From the NCBI GenBank assembly GCA_038256975.1, contig JBBSJU010000002.1, positions 65,064 to 129,063 of the forward strand: a stretch of 64,000 bases of DNA. The letters run 5' to 3'. Origin of the DNA: Minisyncoccia bacterium (GTDB lineage: Bacteria > Patescibacteriota > Minisyncoccia > Phycocordibacterales > UBA5272). Below the pieces are notes generated by a model, which saw nothing but the letters and a program-made list of their open reading frames with translations, was not told where the DNA came from and made no database searches. The translations under genes were made by a program, and so were the position numbers. Shown in pieces: positions 7,893 to 16,444 of this stretch (within the stretch, counting starts at the first letter, position 1; each line of letters opens with the position of its first letter).

Positions 7893-8618
7893 ATGAAATA
7901 CTTTAATGTAACCCAAGAAGAAATCGACTTGAGAATGTTCAATATTTTTGTTGGAATAAGTCTTGGTAACAAATTGCTAACTCCTGAACTTTGTAAACAT
8001 TATGTAGAGTGGGCACACAGAAATACAAAAGATAATTGCGTTATATTAATAGCTGATAAAATAGATGCCGTTAACTGGCAAATTTTTAGAGGGCTTTCTA
8101 GAGAAGAGTCTTTGGAGAAAGTAAAAGATAAAGGGTATGGAATTTTAGGCATGTTTGAAAAAGCAAAGAGAACTCTCGCCAAAGAAAAAGAAGATGCGAG
8201 CTACATTTCCAGGGTACATATTATATTTTGGGAAGATATAGTTAATGAAGGCTATACGGAACTCAGAAAAATATTAAATGATGAATACGAAAATAATTTA
8301 GAATTCAAAGAAAGAGTATTGTATTTTGTGAATAAATACTGCGAACTGAGAGATGTTAGTATTCTGTCAGCCGAAGATAAAGATAAGTTGGCTGGCTATA
8401 TTATTGATGAGTTACCGACGCTAATTGGTGGAATATATTGGGATGAAAAGTTGTATAACATGATATTGTATCCAACATACGTAGACAGCGGGATGAGTGA
8501 ATTTGTTTTAGATATTCGTGGTGGGAAATATTTTCATGCAGATAAATTAAAATTAAGACAAATCTGTGTTCTTGTTGAAGACTATCTAGAAAAACCTAAA
8601 ACTATTGAAAAAGAATAG
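7893..8618 (+). CDS. tRNA-dependent cyclodipeptide synthase (CDPS) homologue
   Basis: 241 aa. FNIFVGISLGNKL matches the CDPS Rossmann pocket motif (AlbC IGISAGN, YvmC VGISPFN; catalytic Ser in G-I-S). GYIIDELPTLIGG matches the catalytic Y-x-x-x-E-x-P block (AlbC NYVLAEAP, YvmC EYVIAELPFFIG). W-A...D-x-I...ID spacing resembles AlbC QWAGQRFERTDVVYVDTHID. Confidence 0.65.
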   Translation: MKYFNVTQEEIDLRMFNIFVGISLGNKLLTPELCKHYVEWAHRNTKDNCVILIADKIDAVNWQIFRGLSREESLEKVKDKGYGILGMFEKAKRTLAKEKEDASYISRVHIIFWEDIVNEGYTELRKILNDEYENNLEFKERVLYFVNKYCELRDVSILSAEDKDKLAGYIIDELPTLIGGIYWDEKLYNMILYPTYVDSGMSEFVLDIRGGKYFHADKLKLRQICVLVEDYLEKPKTIEKE

Positions 8619-8659
8619 ACGCACAATAAAGATTAGAGTGATGTAGTAAAATCAAAACG

Positions 8660-9277
8660 TTAATCTCCGTAGGTACTTCTCACGGCTTCTTTTCCTAATT
8701 GAGTATGTAAATTAATAAGAATTTTATGGTTTGATCCGTAGGACTTTTTTATTTTTGTATTCTGGTCTTCAAAATATTTTTCAGCTTCTTGTTTGGTTTT
8801 AAAAGTTGGTTTTAAAGCAGTCCCACCATTTAGAACGTGTGTTATTTTCGGCATACACTTATCGAGTGTTTTGATAAATTTTGCTTCTTCTGTATCGAGT
8901 GACTCATATTCTTGTATTGTGTTGTGAATCCAAGGGAATACTTCTTCAAATTCTGATGTAATTCTTAGGAGGGCTTCGTGTTCCACCTTGTCTTTCTTTT
9001 TCATTCCTTCATCTGAGATAGTAAGTGTTGGTGTATCACCAGCATATGCTTCGACTAGATCATGAATTAATGCGAACTGAGCAACTTTACCAAGGTCAAG
9101 ATGTGGGGCGTACGAACTTGCAATTGCGCAAGCACAGAGCCCTAACATAATGGTGTGGTCTGTGTCTGATTCAGGAGTTATTCCATCTTCGTGGAAAGTG
9201 ATCCGATTTGTTCTGGCAAAGAAGAGTGAAAGTTGTCCGAGTTCTACAACTTTCCCGGTCATTTTTTCTATATCCAT
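8660..9277 (-). CDS. HD-domain phosphohydrolase, YfbR-like 5'-deoxynucleotidase
   Basis: ESDTDHT (H..HD metal site) and IHDLVEAYAGDTPT. The overall YfbR pattern fits at 205 aa. Confidence 0.7.
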   Translation of the reverse strand: MDIEKMTGKVVELGQLSLFFARTNRITFHEDGITPESDTDHTIMLGLCACAIASSYAPHLDLGKVAQFALIHDLVEAYAGDTPTLTISDEGMKKKDKVEHEALLRITSEFEEVFPWIHNTIQEYESLDTEEAKFIKTLDKCMPKITHVLNGGTALKPTFKTKQEAEKYFEDQNTKIKKSYGSNHKILINLHTQLGKEAVRSTYGD

Positions 9278-9344
9278 CTATTTATACTACGGCATCTCTA
9301 AAAACTCGCAAGTTTCGTTTGCTATACTCTGTTATAATCTATAC

Positions 9345-9737
9345 ATGCCTTCACTTTGGTACGAAATGCTTGTAAAACCTTCCTGGACTCCATCTGGAGA
9401 AACAATTGGGCTTATCTGGACCATTCTTTATCCGATTATTATTTTCTGTTTTCTATGGGTTTGCATAAGGGCATTCAAAGGGCAAATACCAATGATGATA
9501 TTTTGGGTTTTTCTTGTAAATGCGATTGCAAACATTATCTTTACTCCAATTCAGTTTGGACTTCAAAACCTTCCTCTTGCAGCAGTCGATATTCTTGTAG
9601 TCTTAGGTACTATTATTGCCAGCATGGTTCTCATCTTTCCATATTCAAAATTAATTTTTGCACTGCAGATTCCATACTTGGTTTGGGTGTCTATTGCTAC
9701 TTTTTTACAACTCTCGATTACGTGGATGAATAGGTGA
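9345..9737 (+). CDS. tspO: TspO/MBR family tryptophan-rich sensory protein
   Basis: MPSLWYEMLVKPSWTPSGETIGLIWTILYP matches the TspO N-terminal consensus. Five predicted TM helices. The ATG at 9345 was chosen because the upstream part of ORF 9150.. overlaps the HD gene on the opposite strand. Confidence 0.7.
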   Translation: MPSLWYEMLVKPSWTPSGETIGLIWTILYPIIIFCFLWVCIRAFKGQIPMMIFWVFLVNAIANIIFTPIQFGLQNLPLAAVDILVVLGTIIASMVLIFPYSKLIFALQIPYLVWVSIATFLQLSITWMNR

Positions 9738-9738
9738 T

Positions 9739-10107
9739 ATGAAAGACAAGGGTTTTGCAGAGTATGTTGTAGGGGATTTGTTCGGCTATCTCGATGATGT
9801 TTCTGCTCGAGCAATGTTTGGTGGTTATGGAATATACAGAGGCGGGGTAATGTTTGGACTCATTGCTGAAGGAGAGTTGTATTTTAAAGTAAGGGAGGGG
9901 GAAACTAAAAAATATGAGCCTTTTGGCAGTAAACCATTTCACTATAGTCGTAAAGATAAAGGAGCAATTACAATGTCATATTGGTGCATACCTGAAGAAG
10001 TTCAAGAAGATCCTCATTTGTTTCGTGAATTGGCTGAAGAATCCTATGAGTTTGCGCTTGAAAAAGCCGTCAAAAAGAGCTCAAAAAAGAAAGTGGTGCG
10101 GAAGTAG
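9739..10107 (+). CDS. TfoX N-terminal domain protein
   Basis: FGGYGIYRGGVMFGLIAEGELYFKV resembles the TfoX_N domain. 122 aa. Confidence 0.45.
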   Translation: MKDKGFAEYVVGDLFGYLDDVSARAMFGGYGIYRGGVMFGLIAEGELYFKVREGETKKYEPFGSKPFHYSRKDKGAITMSYWCIPEEVQEDPHLFRELAEESYEFALEKAVKKSSKKKVVRK

Positions 10108-10142
10108 AAATAATCGGGAAAATGCGTATAATAGGGAAGTCT

Positions 10143-10229
10143 GGAGGATTGGATGAGTGGTTTAAATCAGCGGTTTACTAAACCGCCGACGGGTAAAACT
10201 GTCCGTGAGTTCGAATCTCACATCCTCCG
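10143..10229 (+). tRNA. type-II (Ser-like) tRNA; a canonical 7-nt anticodon loop UUACUAA gives anticodon ACU
   Basis: GGAGGATTGGATGAGTGGTTTAAATC A GCGGT TTACTAA ACCGC, a 19-nt variable arm, GTGAG TTCGAAT CTCAC, ATCCTCC G. 7-bp acceptor, Ser-type D-loop (GAGUGGUU.AA), perfect T-arm. Confidence 0.7.
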
Positions 10230-10388
10230 CTCGTGTAAAAAAGCCCTAACAAGGGCATTTTTTATTGAGCGGAGGATAGAAAGTGCTTAATGCACTTTCG
10301 TGTGAGATTCGAAAAGCTTTCCGTTATTTGTGAGGAGCTTTACTCCGAACAAATCGGAAAGGTGTACTGCTCCTGTAAGGAGAGAAAT

Positions 10389-10403
10389 TCTCACATCCTC
10401 CGC
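10389..10403 (+). repeat. direct repeat of the tRNA 3' end (TCTCACATCCTCCGC), att-like, copy 2
   Basis: 15/15 identical to tRNA positions 10216-10230. Followed by CTAAGA, as in copy 3. Confidence 0.6.
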
Positions 10404-10468
10404 ACTAAGAACTTAGTATCGGCATGACCCTAGTACCTAAATTCGTAGATTTAAGTTAAAATTAAGCA

Positions 10469-10858
10469 ATGGAAAACCGAAGTTCACAAATTTGGATAGT
10501 ACTCATCGTTATCGCAATTATTGCAGGTGGTGCTTATTGGCTTGGAAATTCTCAAAATACCAACGACCAAACTATTGATGTAAAAACAGACATCTCTATT
10601 AAATCTACGACTGCACAGGTCGGTACTTTTTATGATGGCAAAGATGGTTACTCGCTTTCTATTCCAAGCGGAAATTCTTCAACATGTGTCTGGACGTATA
10701 CTGGAGGAAACGCAGCTATTCCATATTCAGAAACAACATATGCAAGAAGTGCGACTGAAAAACACACTATCTACTCTTATGATTACTACGATTGGAAAGT
10801 TTCTTGTGTAGACGATTTTGGAAATCAGTACACAGGTATATTCCCAAAGATCGAATAA
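10469..10858 (+). CDS. hypothetical secreted/membrane-anchored protein (within att-bounded islet)
   Basis: 129 aa with an N-terminal TM/signal helix (IWIVLIVIAIIAGGAYWLG). Thr/Tyr-rich. Confidence 0.4.
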   Translation: MENRSSQIWIVLIVIAIIAGGAYWLGNSQNTNDQTIDVKTDISIKSTTAQVGTFYDGKDGYSLSIPSGNSSTCVWTYTGGNAAIPYSETTYARSATEKHTIYSYDYYDWKVSCVDDFGNQYTGIFPKIE

Positions 10859-10866
10859 ATTATTTT

Positions 10867-11484
10867 ATGGAAAATAATACAGATGAAATAATCAATTTAA
10901 GCATTGAACAGTTTCAAGAATTTCACGAGAAATTAGGCTCAGAGAATTTCCAGCTCCAGTCTCGAATATTTGAAGATTACGGAAAAAAGAAATTGGATAT
11001 CTATTTTAAATCTATTGGGTTTACCACTGTCGTTATTGGTACAGCAGGACTTATTGCAGGATTCGGATTTACAGCAATCAGTCAAATTCAAAGCGAACTT
11101 CTCTTTTTTGTAGGAGAGGCCCTACTACTGAGTTCTATTTTCTATGGTCTATTCTGGATTCAAAACATATACCAAGGTGAATTTAGATCAATTGAGGAAG
11201 AAATAAAAAGACTCAGGGAGTTTTATGACAAAAGAAATGAAAAGTATATGGTTCTTTACAACGAGTGGATGTCGAAGAAAAGCATCACTAAAAACAATCT
11301 TAAGCAGCTTCAAGAGTTTGAAAACAAATCAATTGATTTGTTTAAGACTCCAACACAGGTTTCTGTTCCAGTCATTTACTCTCCCGTCATGTACGGTCTG
11401 ATGACGTTCGGTGCCGCGGCTCTCTTAGGTTCGTTCTTTATCTACAGTCTGTTATTCAACATTTGTCATCTCTTCTTTCTTTAA
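10867..11484 (+). CDS. hypothetical membrane protein (within att-bounded islet)
   Basis: ORF 10792..11484. ATG 10867 was chosen to avoid overlap. Two to three TM segments, with a coiled stretch between them. Confidence 0.4.
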   Translation: MENNTDEIINLSIEQFQEFHEKLGSENFQLQSRIFEDYGKKKLDIYFKSIGFTTVVIGTAGLIAGFGFTAISQIQSELLFFVGEALLLSSIFYGLFWIQNIYQGEFRSIEEEIKRLREFYDKRNEKYMVLYNEWMSKKSITKNNLKQLQEFENKSIDLFKTPTQVSVPVIYSPVMYGLMTFGAAALLGSFFIYSLLFNICHLFFL

Positions 11485-11746
11485 AGAAAGATATCCCGAC
11501 TCACATGCCTCAGCAAGACACTCCAAAAAGCGCTAGAATATCTTTATAAGGCTTGAGAGCGTGGGTACTGAACTCACATGGCCCGCCAAACCAAAATTCC
11601 ACACTTTCTTTAGGTGTGGAATTTTGTGTTTCAAGCGGTATGACGGCGAGATTCGAAAGCCGGACTGAAGCCACTATATGAGTAAAGCGAATTGTGGCGA
11701 AGGAGGCGGGGTCGCGCAAAATTTGTGAAGCAAATTTATGTGTGAC

Positions 11747-11767
11747 CGAATCTCACATCCTCCGCTC
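11747..11767 (+). repeat. direct repeat of the tRNA 3' end (CGAATCTCACATCCTCCGCTC), att-like, copy 3
   Basis: 21/21 identical to tRNA 10212-10232. It closes a roughly 1.35-kb segment that begins at copy 2. Confidence 0.6.
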
Positions 11768-11794
11768 TAAGATAAGCAAAAAGCAGGTATCTGT

Positions 11795-12382
11795 TTAAGA
11801 AAGGGGTGCAAACAACTGCTTTAATTCTGTATATTTTGCAGGATCTAGTAGTGCCTCATAGAGATTTGGAATAATTTCTTTTTCCATAAACCTTCCATCT
11901 CTACCAATTTGAAGCATCTCGTCAAAACTAACGGGTTTTAGTTCAATCTTTTCTCCGCCATCGAGTGCTTGATCTGCAACTTTTCTGCAACCTTTTGCGA
12001 TAAAGAAGTAAACAACCCAATCAATCTTTGATGTAGGATGAGCTGCCTTCCAAAGTATGTATTCTTTTGCTTCGTATCCAGTTTCTTCGAGAAACTCACG
12101 TTTTGCAGCTTCCAAGATGTCTTCATTTTCTTCTACACGACCTCCACAAGCCCCAATGAAAGGTTTCTTTCCTGGTTGCTCTTGCTCAGTTAATAATATT
12201 TTTCCGTCATCAAGTACTGGAAACACGACTACCGTATCTGGTCGCTTGAGTTTTTCAAATATTTTTGTTGTTCCATCGTACATTAACTGTTGCCATTGGT
12301 AGACATCAAAGATTTTTCCTTTGTAGATACATTCTGCATGACCTGGAATCGGTTGGTTTGAGATTGGGCGTTGGATAGTCAT
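11795..12382 (-). CDS. NUDIX hydrolase (ADP-ribose pyrophosphatase-like)
   Basis: Nudix box GGRVEENEDILEAAKREFLEETG. Confidence 0.8.
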   Translation of the reverse strand: MTIQRPISNQPIPGHAECIYKGKIFDVYQWQQLMYDGTTKIFEKLKRPDTVVVFPVLDDGKILLTEQEQPGKKPFIGACGGRVEENEDILEAAKREFLEETGYEAKEYILWKAAHPTSKIDWVVYFFIAKGCRKVADQALDGGEKIELKPVSFDEMLQIGRDGRFMEKEIIPNLYEALLDPAKYTELKQLFAPLS

Positions 12383-12424
12383 ACTACTTAATTTAATTAT
12401 CTTAGTTATGTTTGTGCTAGCTAA

Positions 12425-13123
12425 TTAAGAACTTTTCTCTATCTCCTCAATTGACTTATTCCTGTGAATTATTTCATCGTTGCGAACTGAAAGGAAAAAT
12501 TCATACTGATTTTTTGGTTCACGTCCGTACCACTTCAAAAAGTCACTATGGATAGATTTGTTTTTAAGTTCATCGCCTCGTTTTTCTAAAAAGCGACTGT
12601 ATTGCTCAAAAGCATGACTTTCGAATAAGAAGTTAAGTTCATACGAGTACCGAGGGTTAATAACGTATAAAAAATATGACGCCCAAAAGTAAAAGAAGGC
12701 AAAAAGCATTGGGATAAGGGTGTGACGGATTATTCCTGCACATTCTTCTTTCTCTGCAAGCTTGGAAATGACGACCACGTGCATCGTCTCGTTATCCTGG
12801 GCTATTTGAGCAAATTGAGCCACATCTGATAGCTGGAGCGCCTTTTTCTCATGAGAGTAAAAAAGGGTTAAAAGAGTGTAAACAGACGAAGCCCAAGAAT
12901 GATAGGGCACACGAGCAATTACTTCAACCGAGCGAAACTTTAAATATGATGGTTCTTTTCCGTACACAAAATTTCCACACCACACAAGAAATTTTCCGAG
13001 TAAGAGCGGTAGCAGACTTGGTTGGTAAGAGTCGTAACTTGTTTTGTATTCTTTGAGGAAAGAATCATCATTAAGTTTTTGGTTGAGCACTTCAAGCTCT
13101 TCGTTGTTTCGCTGTAATTCCAT
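12425..13123 (-). CDS. alternative oxidase / plastoquinol terminal oxidase-like di-iron carboxylate protein
   Basis: Four-helix di-iron ligand pattern: EVIARVP (E), NETMH (E-x-x-H), FESHAFEQYSRFL (cf. AOX LEEEAIHSYTEFL), RNDEIIHRN (cf. AOX RADEAHHRDVNH). Confidence 0.5.
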   Translation of the reverse strand: MELQRNNEELEVLNQKLNDDSFLKEYKTSYDSYQPSLLPLLLGKFLVWCGNFVYGKEPSYLKFRSVEVIARVPYHSWASSVYTLLTLFYSHEKKALQLSDVAQFAQIAQDNETMHVVVISKLAEKEECAGIIRHTLIPMLFAFFYFWASYFLYVINPRYSYELNFLFESHAFEQYSRFLEKRGDELKNKSIHSDFLKWYGREPKNQYEFFLSVRNDEIIHRNKSIEEIEKSS

Positions 13124-13134
13124 ACAAGAATATT

Positions 13135-13635
13135 TTATTGTAAAACGCCTTCATGCTTGAGGAGCCACTCCTTTTTATCAAGACCACCAGAGTAGCCAGC
13201 AAGAGATCCGTCACTTGCAAATACTCGATGACAGGGAACAATGAGGCATACTGGATTTGTGCCGATAGCAGTACCAACGCTTCGCACAGCCTTTTCATTT
13301 CCTGTACGCTTTGCAATGTCTTTATATCGCGCCACCTGACCTACTTTTATTTTTCCCACAGCATTCCACACTGCAATTTGACCTTTTGTGCCCGTGACAG
13401 CAACGGGAATATTTTGAAGTGAATGTTTAGCATCTTTGAAATACTTTTTGAAATCAGTGTCGTACGAACCTTTGGTAACCTGCTTTACTCGATACGTATC
13501 GAGGTGTTTTTCAAGATATTTTTCTACAAGTGTTGCCTGGGTGTCAAAAAATACACCAATTACCTTTTTGTCCTCTCCGTAGAGATAGGTGAGTGGCCCA
13601 ATGGGAGTTGAGATCGTTGATGAAAAAAGTGTCAT
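13135..13635 (-). CDS. ogt: methylated-DNA-protein-cysteine methyltransferase
   Basis: Active-site IVPCHRV motif and C-terminal DNA-binding domain. Confidence 0.8.
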   Translation of the reverse strand: MTLFSSTISTPIGPLTYLYGEDKKVIGVFFDTQATLVEKYLEKHLDTYRVKQVTKGSYDTDFKKYFKDAKHSLQNIPVAVTGTKGQIAVWNAVGKIKVGQVARYKDIAKRTGNEKAVRSVGTAIGTNPVCLIVPCHRVFASDGSLAGYSGGLDKKEWLLKHEGVLQ

Positions 13636-13657
13636 ATTTGTATTGTAGCAAGAGTCT

Positions 13658-15406
13658 TTACATTGTCACCACTTGGCGAGAAATGAGTCGTTTGTACGGC
13701 TCGCATTCTTTTGCAAGTTCTTCGTGTGTACCAATACCTGCAATTTGCCCATGGTCCATAACGATTATTTGGTCTGCATCTCGTACTGTAGAAAGGCGGT
13801 GGGCGATAATGATACCGGTGCGACCCTTGAGGGCATCTTTCATTGCGTCATGGATTAGAGCTTCATTTTCAGCATCGAGGCTACTTGTCGCTTCGTCGAA
13901 GATAAGGATTGAAGGGTTTTTAATTAAGGCACGTGCAATACCAACACGTTGGCGTTCGCCACCAGAGAGCTTCACACCTTTTTCACCGATGATAGTGTCG
14001 TAACCGTGTTCAAGACGATCAAAGAATTGGTCAATGCGAGAAAGTTTCGCGACACGGTCTAAATCTTTTTCCGCTTCAGCCTTCTTTTCCTCTGCGACAC
14101 CGAAAAGAATATTATATTTAAGAGTTTTGTCGAAGAGTTCCACATGTTGTTCTACATAACCAATACTTCTTCGATACTCTTCGAGATTGATGTCTCGTAA
14201 GTCTGTGTCATCAATGGTAATAGAGCCGGACGTTGGGTCAAACGCTCGCAAGAGAAGCTGAATGATGGTTGTTTTTCCAGCGCCAGAGTGCCCAACAAGG
14301 GCATAGGTTTTGCCTGATTCGAATGACAGACCTAAATTCTCTAAAGCTTTTTGTTTTTCAACTCCAGGATAGATAAAGTTAATTTTATTTAGATGAATGT
14401 TCTTAAAGTTAGGATTATAGGGAATAACTCCTGATTTTTCTTCAAAGAGAGGTTTCTCATTGAGTAATCCAAACAACGCAGCAATCTGTGATGTCTGAAG
14501 TAGTATTCGTCTAAAGTATCCATTTACTTCACCGAGGCGGTTGAATACCATGTTGCCCCAGAAAATGATAGGAATGAGTGAGCCCGGAGTCAGAGCTTTT
14601 TGATATACCAAATACAACGCAAGACAAAGGATCCCAACTTTCGCTATGGCTCCAAATAAATCACGTCCGTGCATGACTTGTACATTTTTTATCCATATTC
14701 GCTCACTTTCACGCGCTAGTATTTCCCAGGTGGTCAGCAGATCATTTGAGGTCTGCTTCTCAGTACCGCTCATTTTAATGAGTGTGGCGTAGCGTAAAAA
14801 CTCAGAGTGGTTTTTATTTATTACATCCCACTCGTCATTGTTTTTAGAAACTTTTTTATAAAAACGCGGTGTCCATAAACCAATGAGAGTAAAGGGGACA
14901 CAAATCGTAATGGTGATAAACCATCCCAACAAAGGGTCTATAAAGAAAAACATTCCAATCGCAATAAAGATGAAAAGAAGCGTCGGAATGAGCTCAGAAA
15001 AAAGCATATAAATAGTGTTTTCAAGTGCTGACTCTCCTTTTTGAATAACTGTTTGCTTTAGTCCAGAATGTTTAAGAAGCGTTTGTCCAGCGGGCATATT
15101 ACTCAAGAGCTCGTAGGTTTTTTCTCGAACAGTATGAGGGACTATGTATTCAATTTTCTTAACCTCATATGTTGTTTTGGCATAGGAAAGTAGAATACGC
15201 CCTATTTCTACAGTAAGGAGGAGCCAGACAAGATTGAAAAGTGTGTCGGTGGTTGTTTGGGTAATTAATCCGTCTACCAACTTACCACTTATATATGGAA
15301 AAGCGATACTTGAAAGCTGTATAAGTAAGGTAAGTAAAAAAAGAAAAGAGAGCTCTTTTTTAAATAGTTTTATATAGATTGAGGTTGTTGAGAGAAAATT
15401 TTTCAT
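13658..15406 (-). CDS. ABC transporter, fused permease/ATP-binding (MsbA-like exporter)
   Basis: Six N-terminal TM helices. Walker A GHSGAGKTT, signature LSGGERQRVGIARAL, Walker B ILIFDEATSSLD. Confidence 0.85.
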   Translation of the reverse strand: MKNFLSTTSIYIKLFKKELSFLFLLTLLIQLSSIAFPYISGKLVDGLITQTTTDTLFNLVWLLLTVEIGRILLSYAKTTYEVKKIEYIVPHTVREKTYELLSNMPAGQTLLKHSGLKQTVIQKGESALENTIYMLFSELIPTLLFIFIAIGMFFFIDPLLGWFITITICVPFTLIGLWTPRFYKKVSKNNDEWDVINKNHSEFLRYATLIKMSGTEKQTSNDLLTTWEILARESERIWIKNVQVMHGRDLFGAIAKVGILCLALYLVYQKALTPGSLIPIIFWGNMVFNRLGEVNGYFRRILLQTSQIAALFGLLNEKPLFEEKSGVIPYNPNFKNIHLNKINFIYPGVEKQKALENLGLSFESGKTYALVGHSGAGKTTIIQLLLRAFDPTSGSITIDDTDLRDINLEEYRRSIGYVEQHVELFDKTLKYNILFGVAEEKKAEAEKDLDRVAKLSRIDQFFDRLEHGYDTIIGEKGVKLSGGERQRVGIARALIKNPSILIFDEATSSLDAENEALIHDAMKDALKGRTGIIIAHRLSTVRDADQIIVMDHGQIAGIGTHEELAKECEPYKRLISRQVVTM

Positions 15407-15469
15407 AGTAAATAATAATAAAGAGACACCGCCCCTTATGTGTTAATCCCATAATTGTAACAAAAAGGT

Positions 15470-16393
15470 CTAGCTTGCGTGGAGGGCGAGATAAATGTCT
15501 TCAAGGGCGCGTACTCCATCGCCGGCGGCGATATTGTTTTGGTGATAAAGAACGTCGGTGCAGTCACCAGCGGCCCAGATGCCTAGTACAGAAGTTTTCT
15601 GTGTTCGGGGATCAATTTTAATTTGTCCACCATCTGTCATGTCCACGAGTCCTTTCACAAGGTCTGTTGCGGGAATCTGTCCAATCTCCACGAAAACACC
15701 TCCACAGTCAATGCGATGCACTTCATTCGTAACTGCATCTTTGTATGAAATACCAGTTACAAATTTCTCACCATGAACCTCTGTTGGAATTGCATTTTTA
15801 ATAATCTTAAGATTAGGGTGTGCTGAAAGTTTTTTTACTGTAATTTCATCAGCTCGAAATGTCTCACTTCGGTTGAGTAGGGTAACGCTTTTGCAGTACG
15901 CAAGAAGTTGAGCGGCAGATTCAAAGCCTGCATTTCCACCACCTACTACAACTACGTCCATTCCTGAGAAAAGGGGACCATCACACGAAGCACAATACAC
16001 AACACCTTTGTGTTCGAACGTGTCACTTCCTGGAATACCAAGCTTGCGACGCGCACTTCCTGTAGAAATGAGAATTGTTTTTGACTCCAGCACCTCACCT
16101 GATTCAAGGCTTACTGAAAATCCAGTATCATTTTTTTCTACTTTCGAAACATAAAAGCCTTCTTTAAAAGTCAGGAATTCTCCCTTGTATTCATAAGCAT
16201 GTTTCTTGAAGCTCTCAGCAAGTTCATTACCTCCTATGTGTGGGGTACCAATCCAATTTTGAATGTCAGAGGAAACAGTAGACTGTCCACCCCATTCTTT
16301 GATAACCATACATGTTCTAAGTTGTTTGCGAGCGGCATATACTGCTGCTGCAGTTCCTGCTGGGCCTCCACCAATGATAATAAGATCAAACAT
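15470..16393 (-). CDS. trxB: thioredoxin-disulfide reductase
   Basis: FAD motif IIIGGGPAGTAAAVYAAR, redox CASCDG, NADPH motif VVVVGGGNAGFE. Confidence 0.85.
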   Translation of the reverse strand: MFDLIIIGGGPAGTAAAVYAARKQLRTCMVIKEWGGQSTVSSDIQNWIGTPHIGGNELAESFKKHAYEYKGEFLTFKEGFYVSKVEKNDTGFSVSLESGEVLESKTILISTGSARRKLGIPGSDTFEHKGVVYCASCDGPLFSGMDVVVVGGGNAGFESAAQLLAYCKSVTLLNRSETFRADEITVKKLSAHPNLKIIKNAIPTEVHGEKFVTGISYKDAVTNEVHRIDCGGVFVEIGQIPATDLVKGLVDMTDGGQIKIDPRTQKTSVLGIWAAGDCTDVLYHQNNIAAGDGVRALEDIYLALHAS

Positions 16394-16444
16394 AATGGTT
16401 TGTGATTAGATCTGTTGTTAATAGGGTAATAATACCAAAAGAAA

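Noticed and set aside
9150-9344. Upstream extension of the TspO ORF to 9150
   Set aside because: It overlaps the HD-hydrolase gene on the opposite strand for about 130 nt. The TspO consensus (LWYxxLxKPxWxP) begins at the internal ATG 9345.
10231-11767. Calling the att-bounded segments an intact integrative element or prophage
   Set aside because: No integrase, excisionase, replication or structural genes are present. Only two small hypothetical membrane or secreted genes lie there. I report it as integration remnants, not as a mobile_element feature.
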